A stretch of 64,000 nt of DNA, from positions 744,001-808,000 of the forward strand of contig OY253669.1 in the NCBI GenBank assembly GCA_958009085.1, given 5' to 3'. The translations under genes and the position numbers were made by a program. Source of the DNA: Protoeuglena noctilucae (taxonomy: Eukaryota). This document shows, in pieces, positions 48,905 to 60,741 of this stretch. Positions within the stretch are counted from its first letter, which is position 1. Every line of letters begins with the position of its first letter. The notes under the pieces are model-generated. The model was not told where the DNA came from and searched no databases. It worked only from the letters and a program-made list of their open reading frames with translations.

Positions 48905-50644
48905 GTCGCCTGCGGGGATGGGGCGGGCCTAGGGTACGGGTGCTATTTCCGGCATCGCTTGCGAGGAAACGATGGGCGGAGCTCGCCGCCATCGAGCGCG
49001 CGGAGCGCGCCACGGTGCGGGTCACGTCGTCCGCGGGACCCCTGGCGGCCGGGAGCCCGCGGAAACCCGGCCGGGACGCCGCATGCGGATATTAAGGAGA
49101 CAATTCGACTAAGGTATGGCTTATGCCCGGGAAACATCGGTAGAATCGCCCGCAAGGGGCGCCAGCTGGCGTGAGATGCCATGCAATGCGCTGCTGGAAC
49201 GGGCATCCTGGCCCCGTACCCCGCTATCTGGGTCAGCCGCGAATGTGTGTCGCGACAAAATGGGCAGGAGGGAACGGAGGGAGGGTTTCCCTCGCTTGCG
49301 CAAGCGGCGATCGTGGGTCAGCGGGGAGGGAAGCGACCCGGGGGCCGTGTGAGGCTCGCGGTCGACACGAGGTCAATGTGCGAGAAAAGAACTGGCACCG
49401 AGCGTCGTCGCGGGCCCATCGCCCCAAAGCCCTCACCAACTCGAGCGCGGGAAGCGTGGGAGGGGTCCCCGTGGCCGATTGCGCGACGCCAGCGAACGAT
49501 ACGGAACTCAGATAGTGGACTCAGTCGGGGAGGGGGGCCTTGTTGCCGCTGGAAAGTGTCCCTGGTCCAGTTCTCTTAAAGGGATGGCAAAGAGGGTGTC
49601 CAACCGCGAGCACTCGTAACGGGGTATCCGAGACTGCCTGTCGGAGGTCCTGGGATGCCCAATCCGGGAAAGACGCCGGCAAGGCTGACTCAGTTCGCTC
49701 TTTCTTGCAAGCCCCCGAGTCACGGCGAGTGGCTTCTGCTCTTCAGGTGCCTGACGTGTAACCCTGTATCAATTCCTCGCTCCTCCGCTGCTCCGTCCCC
49801 TCCCGGCGGTCAGGGGCTTTCCACGCGGGTGGCGGCCACCAAACGACTGGCTTTCTCGTGCCAACAAGGCGTTCCCCTGGAAGATTATACGCATCTTGTC
49901 TTGTGCCCGTGCCGTGACCGCTTACGTGCCAGCAAAAATGGACGCGGCGTCCCCAACTCTCCATGCGACGCCTGGGCCTGGGGAAGCGGCGGCCGTTGCC
50001 CCCTCGAGGTGAAGCTCCGCGGACGTGATGAGGCAGTAGAGTGGGATCGCGCAAAGGGAGCCCTCGCGAGTGCAAACTGCTCGTGTCGGAGGAGGTTTGG
50101 CCCTGGGCACCCGCTTGCGCCGTCCCGCGCCGCCGATGGCCAGCTTCTTGCCGCACACATGCCGCGTGCGCACAGTTCCATGCATATCGGTAGCGCAGGG
50201 AGGTCTGGGACCGGGGTTCGCTCTCTGTGGCGGCCGCCACGGCAGCCGTCGTCGTCGCTGGTGGAAGCGCCTTTTCTGCGCCCCCGCAGCGGCAAACCCG
50301 GCTGGCGCAGGGCGGACGGAACGGATTGGATCCCATGCGACTGGACGTGCGCCAAGAGGTGCGGCGTGGGGGCGCCGCATCGCGCCGCGGCAGGCACTGC
50401 TGCGGGCCAGTCGGGCCCTGTCCCCGCGCCGCGCCGCGCCGTCTCGTCGCGGCCGGGTCGCTGCTCGGCGGACGCGAGATGTCTTGGCTTCTTGCGCCTG
50501 ATCGTGGCGCATCGCACCCGCAGACCCGACGACGACGACGCATCGTCCAACGAGACGCAGCCGTTAACGAGAGCGGAGCTCCGGGCACAGAACCCGGGGG
50601 CGCCCTCCGCCCAGTCTTGCCCTATCCCCCGAGGTCGCCCGGAA

Positions 50645-52328
50645 ATGGGCGCGGACGGGTGGATGGACCGGCAGGAGCCCGCCGGACCCCCACCAAGGGC
50701 CCCGGGCTCGAGAGCTGCCGGGGGGTCAGAGGCTTGGGGCCCGCGCCCGCAGCCCCACGCGGCGCGCATGAGCGGGGGCGCGCCGGCGGCGTGGGCCGGG
50801 GGCCCGGAGGATGGGGGGTCCGGAGGGGAGGGCGACGTGGCGTGGGTGCGGTCGTGGGACGAGGGCAGCGCGGGGTGCGACGAGGCGCGGCCGTCCGCGT
50901 CGAGGGAGCGGGACGAGGGCGAGGAGCTGTTGCGTGAGAACCCGGACCGCTTCAGCATGTTCCCGGTCCACCACGCGGACGTTTGGGAGATGTACAAGCA
51001 GGCGGTGGCGAGCTTCTGGACGGTGGAGGAGGTGGACCTGAGTCAGGACCTGCGGGACTGGGAGGGCCTGGCGGACAGCGAGCGCCACTTCATCGCCTGG
51101 GTCCTGGCCTTCTTCGCCGGCAGCGATGGGATCGTGCTGGAGAACCTCGCCCTGCGTTTCATGCAGGAGGTGCAGATACCCGAGGCCCGCGCCTTCTACG
51201 GGTTCCAGATCGCGATCGAGAACGTCCATTCCGAGATGTATTCCTTGGTGAGGCGCCCTTCGGCGGGTGCGGGCACGGTTACCACGGGCGCAAGGGGCGT
51301 GCGCTCGTGACGTGAAGGGACCCCGCCGTCGCCCGCAGCTGTTAGACACGTACATCAAGGACGCCCAGTACCGCGGGCACCTCCTGCGCGCCATCCACAC
51401 CATTCCGTGCGTCCAGAAGAAGGCGCAGTGGGCCCTCAAGTGCGTGACTGGGGGGGCGCTTGCGGGGCCTGTGCCTGCCCCTGCGGTCTGGCACCTGCCC
51501 CCGTCCGACGCGTTTGATAGGTCCTTCACTTGTCATTTGAGCCCCGCGCGCCCTCGCAGGTGGATTGGGTCCCAGCGCTCCTTCGCAGAGCGGCTCGTCG
51601 CGTTTGCTTGCGTCGAGGGCATTTTCTTCTCCGGTTCCTTCTGCGCCATCTTCTGGCTCAAGAAGCGCCTCCTCATGCCCGGCCTCACCTTCTCCAACGA
51701 GCTCATCTCCCGCGACGAGGGGCTCCACACCGACTTCGCCTGCCTGCTCTACCGCAAGCTGACACGGCCCCTCGCCCAGGCCGAGGTGAGCCGCTGTGCC
51801 CGCTCTGGTCTCCGCAACCGGCCGTGGGAGACTTTTTTGATAGCAAAGGGCCGTCGCACCAGCTGCTGCGGCTGCATTTACCCTGTCTTCTGGACCCGCT
51901 GCACTGCTGCGCTGCAGGTGGAGGAGATTGTTCGGGACGCCGTGGACCTGGAGCGCGAGTTCTGTTGCGACGCCCTTTCCGTTTCGCTGGTCGGCATGAA
52001 CGCGGACCTCATGGCCAAGTACATTGAGTTTGTCGCGGACCGACTCCTGGTCGTGCTTGGGCACGACAAGGTGTACCACACGCGCAACCCGTTCGACTGG
52101 ATGGAGATGATTTCGCTGCAGGGCAAGGTGCGATCGATGCCGCCGCGGTACGCGACAGGCCCGGGGCGCACGCCAGCGTCCGCAGCTAGCACAGCCGCCC
52201 CGTCGTCCCTCTCGCAGACGAACTTCTTTGAGCGGCGGGTCGGGGACTACCAGCGCGCCGGAGTCATGGCGGCCCTTCGGGACGGAGCAGGCCGCCAGCA
52301 CGTCTTCACCACGGAAGAGGACTTTTAG
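50645..52328 (+). CDS. RNR2: Ribonucleotide reductase class Ia small subunit (R2), 5 exons
   Basis: [34 protein letters not shown] (radical Tyr), [36 protein letters not shown]-terminal FTTEEDF*. Start codon is uncertain because the frame is open far upstream. Confidence 0.96.
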
Positions 52329-52770
52329 CAACGTACGGACCGGAACTGGGTAGGGTTGGGTAAACCCCCCTCTGTTGAACTGTCGAGTGGCAAACCGAAC
52401 AGGGGATCCGCGCAGCAAAGGCTCGGATTTGCCTCTCAGCAACTGCGGATCGCCGTGGTGGGCGGCAGGTTTGAAATAACCCGTGCGACAATGAGGGAAG
52501 AAGGCAACCCCTCGGCCGCTCGCTGCCAGACGGCTGACGGCCCGTCCGTCTCGCAACCATCTTTCATCTCTTTGGCGCGTGCGGCAGGCGAGTCCGCGAC
52601 CCTCTCCAGCATCGCGTGGCTTCAGGGGTTGCCTGCGAAGGACGTCACGGTCTATTGCTGTCGACCAAGCGATTGATTGCAGCCGTATCTGATCCATACT
52701 TGCACTTTTTTCATCAACAGTGAACCTGGCGTCAAGACGGAAGAGGTTTCTCCACTCCGCTCTCCTCCAG

Positions 52771-55700
52771 CGCGACACTTTGGGCCTGTACTACATCGCC
52801 AAAGCCAGGCTTCGGAACCGCGGCATCCTGAGCAGCGATTCCTCTTCCAGCGACGAGGACGTTGCGTCGCTCGGCGAGCCGGTGGTGCGGGACCGCAGCG
52901 CCGCGCACGCCCCGCTCGGAGATCCGCCGGGCCAGCCGAGTGCGTCGACGGGTGCTGCGAAGGACGGCGCGTTGCGGTCCACCGGACCCGCCACCGGCTC
53001 CTCCGAGCAGGCCAATGGCGGCGCCGGGCCTCACAAAGGCGCGGGTCCCGGCCGCCCGCGGCCTCTGCTCCGGGCCAGCTCCTCGCGCCGCGTGTACCAC
53101 CCTGCGAGCCGCGTGTCTGGGGTCATCGAAGAGCCATTCGCAGACGCGACGAACGCGGATGGCAACCTCGTGCGGCCCGAGCCAGCCAAGCCCGCAGGGG
53201 CGCGCCAAGCTGCGAGGGCCGATGCTGCCGCTGTGCCTGCGGGCGCCCCGCCAACCTCGCCTGCCAAGCAGGGCTCTCCAGGCAATGCACCGTCGCCTTG
53301 CGCGACCTCACCGACCGAGGGTAAACCGCGGGCCTTTCCTCCCGTCGCACACGGCGGATCGGCAGGGATCGACGCCGTGAGTGGGGCAGCGGGGGGGAAG
53401 GGCGGGCGGCCGGGCCGCCGCCGGTGGGGCGCCCGCATCGGTGGTCGGACTGCGGTGTTCACGGAGGGCGGCATGCGCGCAACGGTGGAGTTCCTGCCCG
53501 GCTGGTCCCGCCCGATGTCGTCTGCCAGTGATGGCAGCAGCGGCTGGAGCGATGGGGAGGGTGCCCGTGCGCCGATGCCGTCGGCCAGCGATGATCGCGG
53601 CCGCAGCATCGGTGACAGGGGCGTGGGGCACAGCAACAGGGCCGCACGCAGGGTGGCTGTGGGAGCAGCAGGGAATTCTAACCCAACGGCGACTGCGCTG
53701 GGGCCGAGCACAGGAGCGGAGCGGCAGGGGGCGGGCGGAGGTGGTGGGGAGGCAACCGGGACGACGGGAGCACCGGCACCGATTACTGCTCGTGCCCCGC
53801 ACGAGGGCAGCACGTTGCGGGAGCGCATTGACCGCATCCTCCGGTGAGCGTCGCGATGCACCACGCTGCAGCTGAGATCCTCCCTAGCACACGCGTAACT
53901 GAGTCCCTTTCATGTCGGTGACACCGACACAGTGGATGCATGTCCCCATCCCTCCCCTTCCCCGCGCCCCCTTGTGCCCCTCTCATCCGCCCCCATGTTT
54001 GTCAAGACTCCCCTCCCTTCCCTGCGTATGCAGGGACTCGTCATCCTCGGATGCCTCGAATGGTAGTCGTGCACCGTCCCTGGAATCGTCGTTAAAGAGG
54101 ACTGTGGAGGGATCAAGCGAGCGTGGGGATCGCGCCATGGGACACCGCCATCGCCGACGCGTGCTGCCATCCCATTCCATTCAGGGCCAGACGAACGGCC
54201 CGAGCGACGTGGGGTGCAACGTCCCAGGCGAGGCCAACGGAGTTTCCACCGCGGTGCATGGGCGGTCTCGCGATGGCGTCGACTGGGCTGCGGCGCCGAG
54301 CGGCGAGGTCGGGGTTCTGGCATGGGGCTCCGGCGGTGGGCAGGACGAGACTCCAAGGGTCGCATCTACGGGAGAAGGGTGGAGCGGCGCAGCGGCCCAG
54401 GACGGCGCAGCGGAGGGGCCTTTGATTCCCGAAGCATTGGGGCCGGGAGGGTCGCCTGGCCGAGCGGATGGGGCGCATGGGAGGGCACCTGACGACCTGG
54501 GTGCGGTCGCGGCACCACGGGCAAGTCCCAGTGCTGCAGACGAAGACGCAGCGGCGGCACTGCTGGGAGAGGGCGGGCAGCACCTGGCATCGCCCTTGAG
54601 GGCGCCGGGGGGCAAGCACGGTGCAAGCGGGGCGCATCGCGTTGCAGGGCACAGCGCGTCCCTCCCTGCGACGCCCGCGGCGGCGCGTCCGGGCCGCGGT
54701 GGGCGCGTGGCGACGATGTCAGCGGCATGGGAGAGTCCCCGCGGGGTTGCGGGAGCCAAGGCGCATGCGCACAGTCGCGCGCTTGTGGGTCGCGACGGAA
54801 GTGGCGGCGTGCGGAGGTCGGTGCGCCGCCTTGAGTCCACATGGGCAAGTGGGGACGGCGTTGGCATCCCTGTTACGGGGGAGCAGGGACCGCAGCGCCG
54901 GACCGTCACTGGGTCCGCCAGCCATGGTGCGGGGGGCAGGGCATGGGCCACGTTGGGGCCCGCGGCCTCGCCATCCAGCTCTGAGAGCTCTTCGGATGCT
55001 TTCGAGGAGGCGGCGCTAGCGGCCCTGCGTGAGCGCGGTGAGGGCGGTCGCTGCGGGGTGGCACGGAGCGACGCGCAATGCTGGGCAAGAAAGCATTGCT
55101 AGGCAGGGGAGCGTTTGCGTGTGACGTCGCCCGCAGGCCGTGCGCATGGCTTCTTGGTGTCTCCCTCCGGCAGCAAAGGCGACCGTGGCACCCCGCAGCG
55201 AGGGCAGGCAGTGGAGCGGTGGCGGCGCGCCGCGGAGGCCTCCCTGGTCCCCCAGGCCCCTGCCGGGTCGCCCGGTGCAGCGCCGGGGCCCCGCCGATCC
55301 CCCGGCAGCGCGGTGGCGGGGTGGGTGAGGGCGGGGCAAGCGCCCGGGGGTAGCGGGGGCCCTGCGGCTGCAGGGGGGGGGGCCAGCAAGGCTGACAGCT
55401 CCGGAGATGAGCTGGAGGTGGTGATGAGGACGATGGCGCGGTTCGCGGCGGAGGGGTCGCCGGCGTGGAAGCTCGCGCACGGCGAGGAGGACCGCGGCAG
55501 CGCGAGGGAAATGGGCAGCGCGCAGAGGTGCGTGGGAGGGGTCACCTGGCGCGTCAGTGCTGTGATGTCGTGTCCACGTGTTTGTGCATGTGTACCTGTA
55601 ATAATTGACCTAAAAGCTGCTGCCGCTTGCCTGCAGAAGGCTCGACTTCGGCAGCGAGTCCCCGCGTCCGCTCCCGGGGTCCGGGTCGAGGGTCGCTCGG

Positions 55701-58700
55701 GCGTCGCCCTCCGCACGGCCGGGGTTCGGGTGGCCAGGGCCCAGGCCAGCATCACCGGGGAGCGGCTCTTATGCGGCACGGGTGCGGGGTGCGGACGGAG
55801 TTGCAATGCTGACTCGGGGGCAGGGGAGCGGCGGGGTCGGGAGCGGGGTGGCTGCGGTGACGCAGGCGGCGCGAGGGGTGGCAGGCCCGGGGGCGGTCGC
55901 GGAGGCTGGGAGTGGGGGTGGTGTGGGGGCTGGGTCGGGAGAGGGGCTTGGATGGGAGGGGCTTGGTGGGAAGGAGCCGGCGGACTTGGCGAGCCTCTTG
56001 GCACTGCTAGAGGGTGAAGGGTCGGGCAGTGGGTCGGGCACGAGGGCGGGTGGCGGCGCGGGGGGTGGGGCGGTGGGGCTGCCGGTGTTTGTGGGTGCAG
56101 AGAGGGAAGGGGCGGCTGGTGGCGTGCCAGCAAGGAACGTAACGGAAGGGTTTGAGGGTTGTAGTTTGAGGCCTGGCAGTGGCAAAGTCGCTGGTTCAGG
56201 AGCTGGGGACCTAGGGACCGTCGTAAGCGGGGACAGCGCGCTTGACAAGAGGGTCGTCGACACGGGGAGTGGGGAGCGCGTCGTTGGTGTGGGCAGCGGG
56301 CGGGATGCCGGGACTGGGGACGCAGATGTGGGGCCCGAGAGCACAGGCGGACGAGCAGTTGCGAAGAGGGAAGGGGAGGTGGTGGGGGCCGGCAATATGC
56401 AGGGAACGGGGCCTGAGCCGGGGAAGCAAGGGCACGTCTCTGATCATCGCGTGGGTGTTGTGCAGGCGGGTCGTGGGCCTGAGCTTGGGGATGGCACTGA
56501 CCGCGTCGGGGCCTCCGAGTCACGGCAGCTCCTGAGCTTGGCCAATGGGGGTCACGTAGACATAACGGGAGGGTCCCATGTGGGCGTAACTGGAGGGTCC
56601 CATGTGGGCGTAACTGGAGGGTCCCATGTGGGCGTAACTGGAGGGGCTCATATGGATTCCGAGGAGCTGGGCTCTCTGGGCTCTACGGTACCCACCAATG
56701 CAGTCCACGGGGGTTCAACCGACTCAGTCCGTCTGAGCTTAGTTGGGGGCACGCATGTGGACTCTGCGGCCCCAGCGCAACCCCACGAGGCTTCGTCCTT
56801 GGCCCCGGCTGGTGCAGTCAAAACCACTGCCCTCGGGATGGCGTCTCTTTCCCGGCCAGCGGGTGGCAGCTCGGCGCTGTCTGAGCAGGCAGGGGGCCGA
56901 GGAGGACCGTTCAGGACGCCGAGCGTAGACAGGGGAGTGGGCGGGGTGTCTCCTGGGATGGGAATGGGCGGTGGGGCATTGAGTGGCCTAGCGGTGGGTG
57001 CAGAGGCGGTGGCGGGACAGGCAGTGGCTGCAAGAGCGGTGGGTGTAGAGGTGGTGGGCGTAGAGACGATGATGACTGGTGATGCGGTGGCCGTAGGGCC
57101 CGTGGCTGCAGAGGCAGTGGTGGCTGGAGAGGTGGTGGTTGGGGAGGCGGTGGCGGGTGCAGAGGATGTGGCGGGTGCAGAGGCGGCGGGCGCAGACCCC
57201 AATCCGGGTGCCCATGCAGATCAGGCGCCCCCAGGCACCGTCAAGGGTGTCGCCCCGGATGCCGGCGCACGCATGCTGGGGCAGCCCGGGTCGATGCTGG
57301 CGGTCCTGCTGAGGCTGCCGAGCAGGGCCAAAGGCGAGGGCACGCGGACCCGTGCGGTGGAGGAGGGCGCAGAGGGCGTGGAACGAGCATCCATCCACGT
57401 CACGGGGAACGGGGCTGCGGCCGCAGAAGGCACCACGCGGCCCTCACCCGCGCCCGCGGCGCCGCCGCTGCCGTCACGCCTGGCATCGATGGTCGCCGCA
57501 CGGACGGGCCCAAACGTATCAGGGGCGCTCGGCACTTCATCCGACCATGCAGCTGCCAGTGGCCGGGCTACAGTGACTGGAGAGGGTCCGAGTGCGGACT
57601 CTGCGGTCCCGGCCACAGCAGAGGCGAGGGCAGCCGCAGGGGTCCCACCCGCACCGCCACTGCCCGCTGGCCTCATGCGCCACAGCGGTCGCGCGGGCGG
57701 CGGCGGAACTGAGCCCGGGGCGCCGGCGCCTGGTGGGGAGGGCGCGTATTCGTCAGCGGTGGACGGTGATAAGGGGCTTGCGCTTGTTGCACTGGGTGCA
57801 CAGCCATCTACGGATGCCCAGCCACCCCCGGCAGCTCCCCCGGATGTCGCCTCCGCGACGACTGTGCACCCAGCGCCGCCCACGTCTCAGGCGACGAGTA
57901 ATGGACCGGACTCTGAACGCAGTCCCGGGCTGGCACCGCCCCTGCCGCCCCACTTGCAGCCGGGAGGGGCTCAGAAGGGCGACAAGCCCGCATCACCACC
58001 CGTGCCACCGGGCCTCAAGCCCGCACCGCCACCCGTGCCACCGAGCCTGAAGCCCTCGCCACCGCCACCACCCGTGCCACCGGGCCTCAAGCCCCCACCA
58101 CCACCCGTGCCACCGGGCCTCAAGCCCTCGCCAGCAAAGGCCGAGGACGCTGCGCCTGCACGTGGCACGCCTCCAGCTCCGCCCAAGGCCCCGCCGCCAC
58201 CCTTGGCCCTGGCGCGGGGTAAGGGTGGCCCCATGGCACCCAGCCCCGCAGCGCCCAGGGCCCAGGACGCGGACGACGAGGATGGCGATCCCAAGACACC
58301 AAACACGGCGCCCGACGCCCCAGAGGTGTTCCTCAGGGACCCCCGGGGGCTGCTGTCGGGCGTTTCGCGGCGCACGCTGCACTGGGAGCCCGTGCGCCCC
58401 AGTGAGCTCCCCAAGACCTTCTGGGCCCTCGTGCAGGTGAGGCAGCTCGTGCCAGGCATTCGCCAGGCATGCAAGGGCACGTAGATGCCTGCACGCCATC
58501 GGCAGAGGACCCCTGGGCTCAGTGCTGCACTTCACATGGTTGCTGCGACGCGGCCCGTTCTTTGCTTGCCCGCAGGCGTCCCCGCCCCCGCCCGGCAGCG
58601 CAGAGACGCCGCCAGGTCCGGACTCCGCGTCACCGGCGCCCGCCGTCAGCGACTCGGCCGTCACGCTTCTCTTCACGAAGCTGTCGGGGGAGAAGCCGGG

Positions 58701-60599
58701 CGGGCCCCAGTCCAGCCGCTCCCGCCGCAGCCTGACCCCGACCGGCCGCAGGTCCCGCACCAGCGTGGCAGACGAGGCGAGGCGGCACGCACGCCGCGTC
58801 GCAGCACGTTCTGTTCACATGCGCAGCGCCGCCCCTCCTCGCACCCAGCTGCGCCAAGGGAGGTGGGCACTGCGAGTTGGCCGGTATCGGCGTTGCCGCA
58901 AGCAAGGCCGTTGTGTCGGTGTGCGCTCGCAGGACGCGTCTGGCGAGGGCACCAGTGGAGACGAGGGCGCGGCCACCCCCCGGCCCAGGGTGTGCCTGCT
59001 GGACATGGCGCGTGCCAGAAACGTGGAGATCGTGCTGAGGCGCATCAAGCTCTCCGCCCGGGAGATCGTCGACGCCGTGGCGGCCATGGACTCGGACGGT
59101 GCGTTTGCCCACGCTGTGAAGCGGCCCTACTCAGTCACAGAAAGCCTCATCAGTCTCAGCCACAGCTCCGTCACGACCTCGGTTGGGTGGTTGCAGAGGC
59201 TGCAGAGACCATCTAGAGACACGAGCGCGCGTGCGCCATCGCCCCAGCACCCGCTCCACTCGGCCTTCGCAGAGCTGGGCCCGGACGTGATATCCCGGCT
59301 GATGGCGGCGGTGCCGACGTTAGATGAGCTCAGCCTGGTCAAGACGTGGTCGACGCGGGAGGGCAACGACCCCTCGTCCCTGGGCCTGGCAGAGCGGTTT
59401 TTCCTGGAGTGCGCGCGGGTCAAGCGCCTGGCCGGGAAGCTCCGTGCGCTGGAGTTCAAGGCGGGAGTGATGGAGGCGTCGCGGTCGGTGATGCAGGCGT
59501 GCGAGCTGGTGGACGCGGCCCGGTCGCAGGTCCGGGCGTCGCTGGAAGGAGGCCGCCTGGGCCGGCTGCTGGCGCTCGTGCTGCAGGTTGGCAACTCGCT
59601 CAACGTGCGTGCACAGAACAAGGCACGCGGGTTCAAGCTGGCCACCCTGCTCAAGCTCGGCGACACGCGCACTTTCGCCAACGCCCAGGCAAGCAATCGA
59701 GTGCGCTGAGAGAGACGCCTTGGGGCCTTGCAGACGCGAGGCGGTCTGCTTTGTCAGGTGCACCTTCCGGTGTGAGACACCCAAGGTGGTCAGTCACCCA
59801 GCGAGCCCACGTGGTGATGCGACGCTACCCCTCTCCCGTGTGTTCCTGGCAGGTGTCGCTGCTGCACTTCTTGGTGGCCCAGGCCCAGGTGGCCGACGCC
59901 TCGCTGCTGGATGCCGAGGAGGACATGCCCGCGCTGACGAGGGCGGCACGGGTGGTCTTCGCGGGGACGGCAGACGAGCTGCGGCGCCTCGAGGCGGGGC
60001 TCCGGGCGCTGGAGGTCGAAGTGGAGAGCATGAGTAGGGACGCCCGAGATGCGGCGAGCGCGGCTGCAGCCAAGGTGGGCCGTGCGACGCGGGGGCGTGG
60101 CGGAGGGGTCGGGAGAGGGTGAACTGCGCACACGCGACGCCTGGGGAGCGCTGACCCGTCCGCCACGGCGCTGCTCGCAGGGTGTGCCCCTGGCTGCCAG
60201 CGAGACATGCGTGGCGGAGGAGCTCGCGGACTTCCAGGCCCTGGCGGCGCGCGTGGTTCGAGAGAAACTGCGAGCCAAATTCCAGTCCAGCGTAGACGGC
60301 TTCCTTTCGTTGGCGGAGTTCCTCAGCGAAGGTGCGAGCGGTCGTGAGCTGGACGTCGTTGCAAGGCTCGTTCATGTCTGTACCTCTGCCCGCGTTCCCT
60401 GTCCCCAGACCCTGGATCGGGCCCGAAGATGGAGGCGGAGCAACCGGCGCGCCTCTTCACCGTCCTGCACAAGTTCCTGCACAGCATCCGCACCGCACGC
60501 CTCCGTGACGGCCACCTCGTGCAGCAGTGCCTGGATGCCATTGCCAGCGCGGACGAGCAGCTGCGGCGGCGTCTCTCCGAGGAGGAGTCGCAGAATTAA
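52771..60599 (+). CDS. Formin (FH1 + FH2) with very long low-complexity N-terminal region; 5' end not resolved
   Basis: FH1 polyproline at 57930-58210. FH2 motifs RRTLHWEPV...TFW, LLDMARARNVEIVL, LGLAERFF, LVLQVGNSLN, ARGFKLATLLKLGDTR, VSLLHFLV. Stop TAA 60597-60599. Confidence 0.85.
56568..56655 (+). repeat. 24-nt coding minisatellite (GGSHVGVT x3.5) in the formin giant exon
   Basis: GGAGGGTCCCATGTGGGCGTAACT x3 plus degenerate flanking copies. Confidence 0.9.
57997..58126 (+). repeat. FH1 tandem repeats (PPVPPGLKP x4)
   Basis: CCACCCGTGCCACCG(G/A)GCCT(C/G)AAGCCC x4 with variable Pro spacers. Confidence 0.9.
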
Positions 60600-60741
60600 G
60601 CCGCTTTTTGAAGGCGAGTCCCTCTGACGTGTCACTGATGTGCCAGGGGCGGCAGATCCAGCCCAAACCGTGGTCGCGGGGCCCGTTCGGGGCGTGAATT
60701 CCACTACCACTTGTTCGTCGGGATCCCTCGCATTGGCAACC

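Noticed and set aside
49120..49680. E2F-like sites upstream of RNR2 (GCGGGAAG, CCGGGAAA)
   Set aside because: Only imperfect matches to TTTSSCGC, expected by chance in GC-rich DNA.
56568..58126. CRISPR-like repeat arrays
   Set aside because: The repeats are contiguous, in-frame coding minisatellites with no unique spacers and no cas genes, in a eukaryotic context.
59689..59852. GC donor at 59689 in formin
   Set aside because: An in-phase GT donor at 59701 (CGA|GTGCGC) gives an equally plausible protein, so it was left out of the count.
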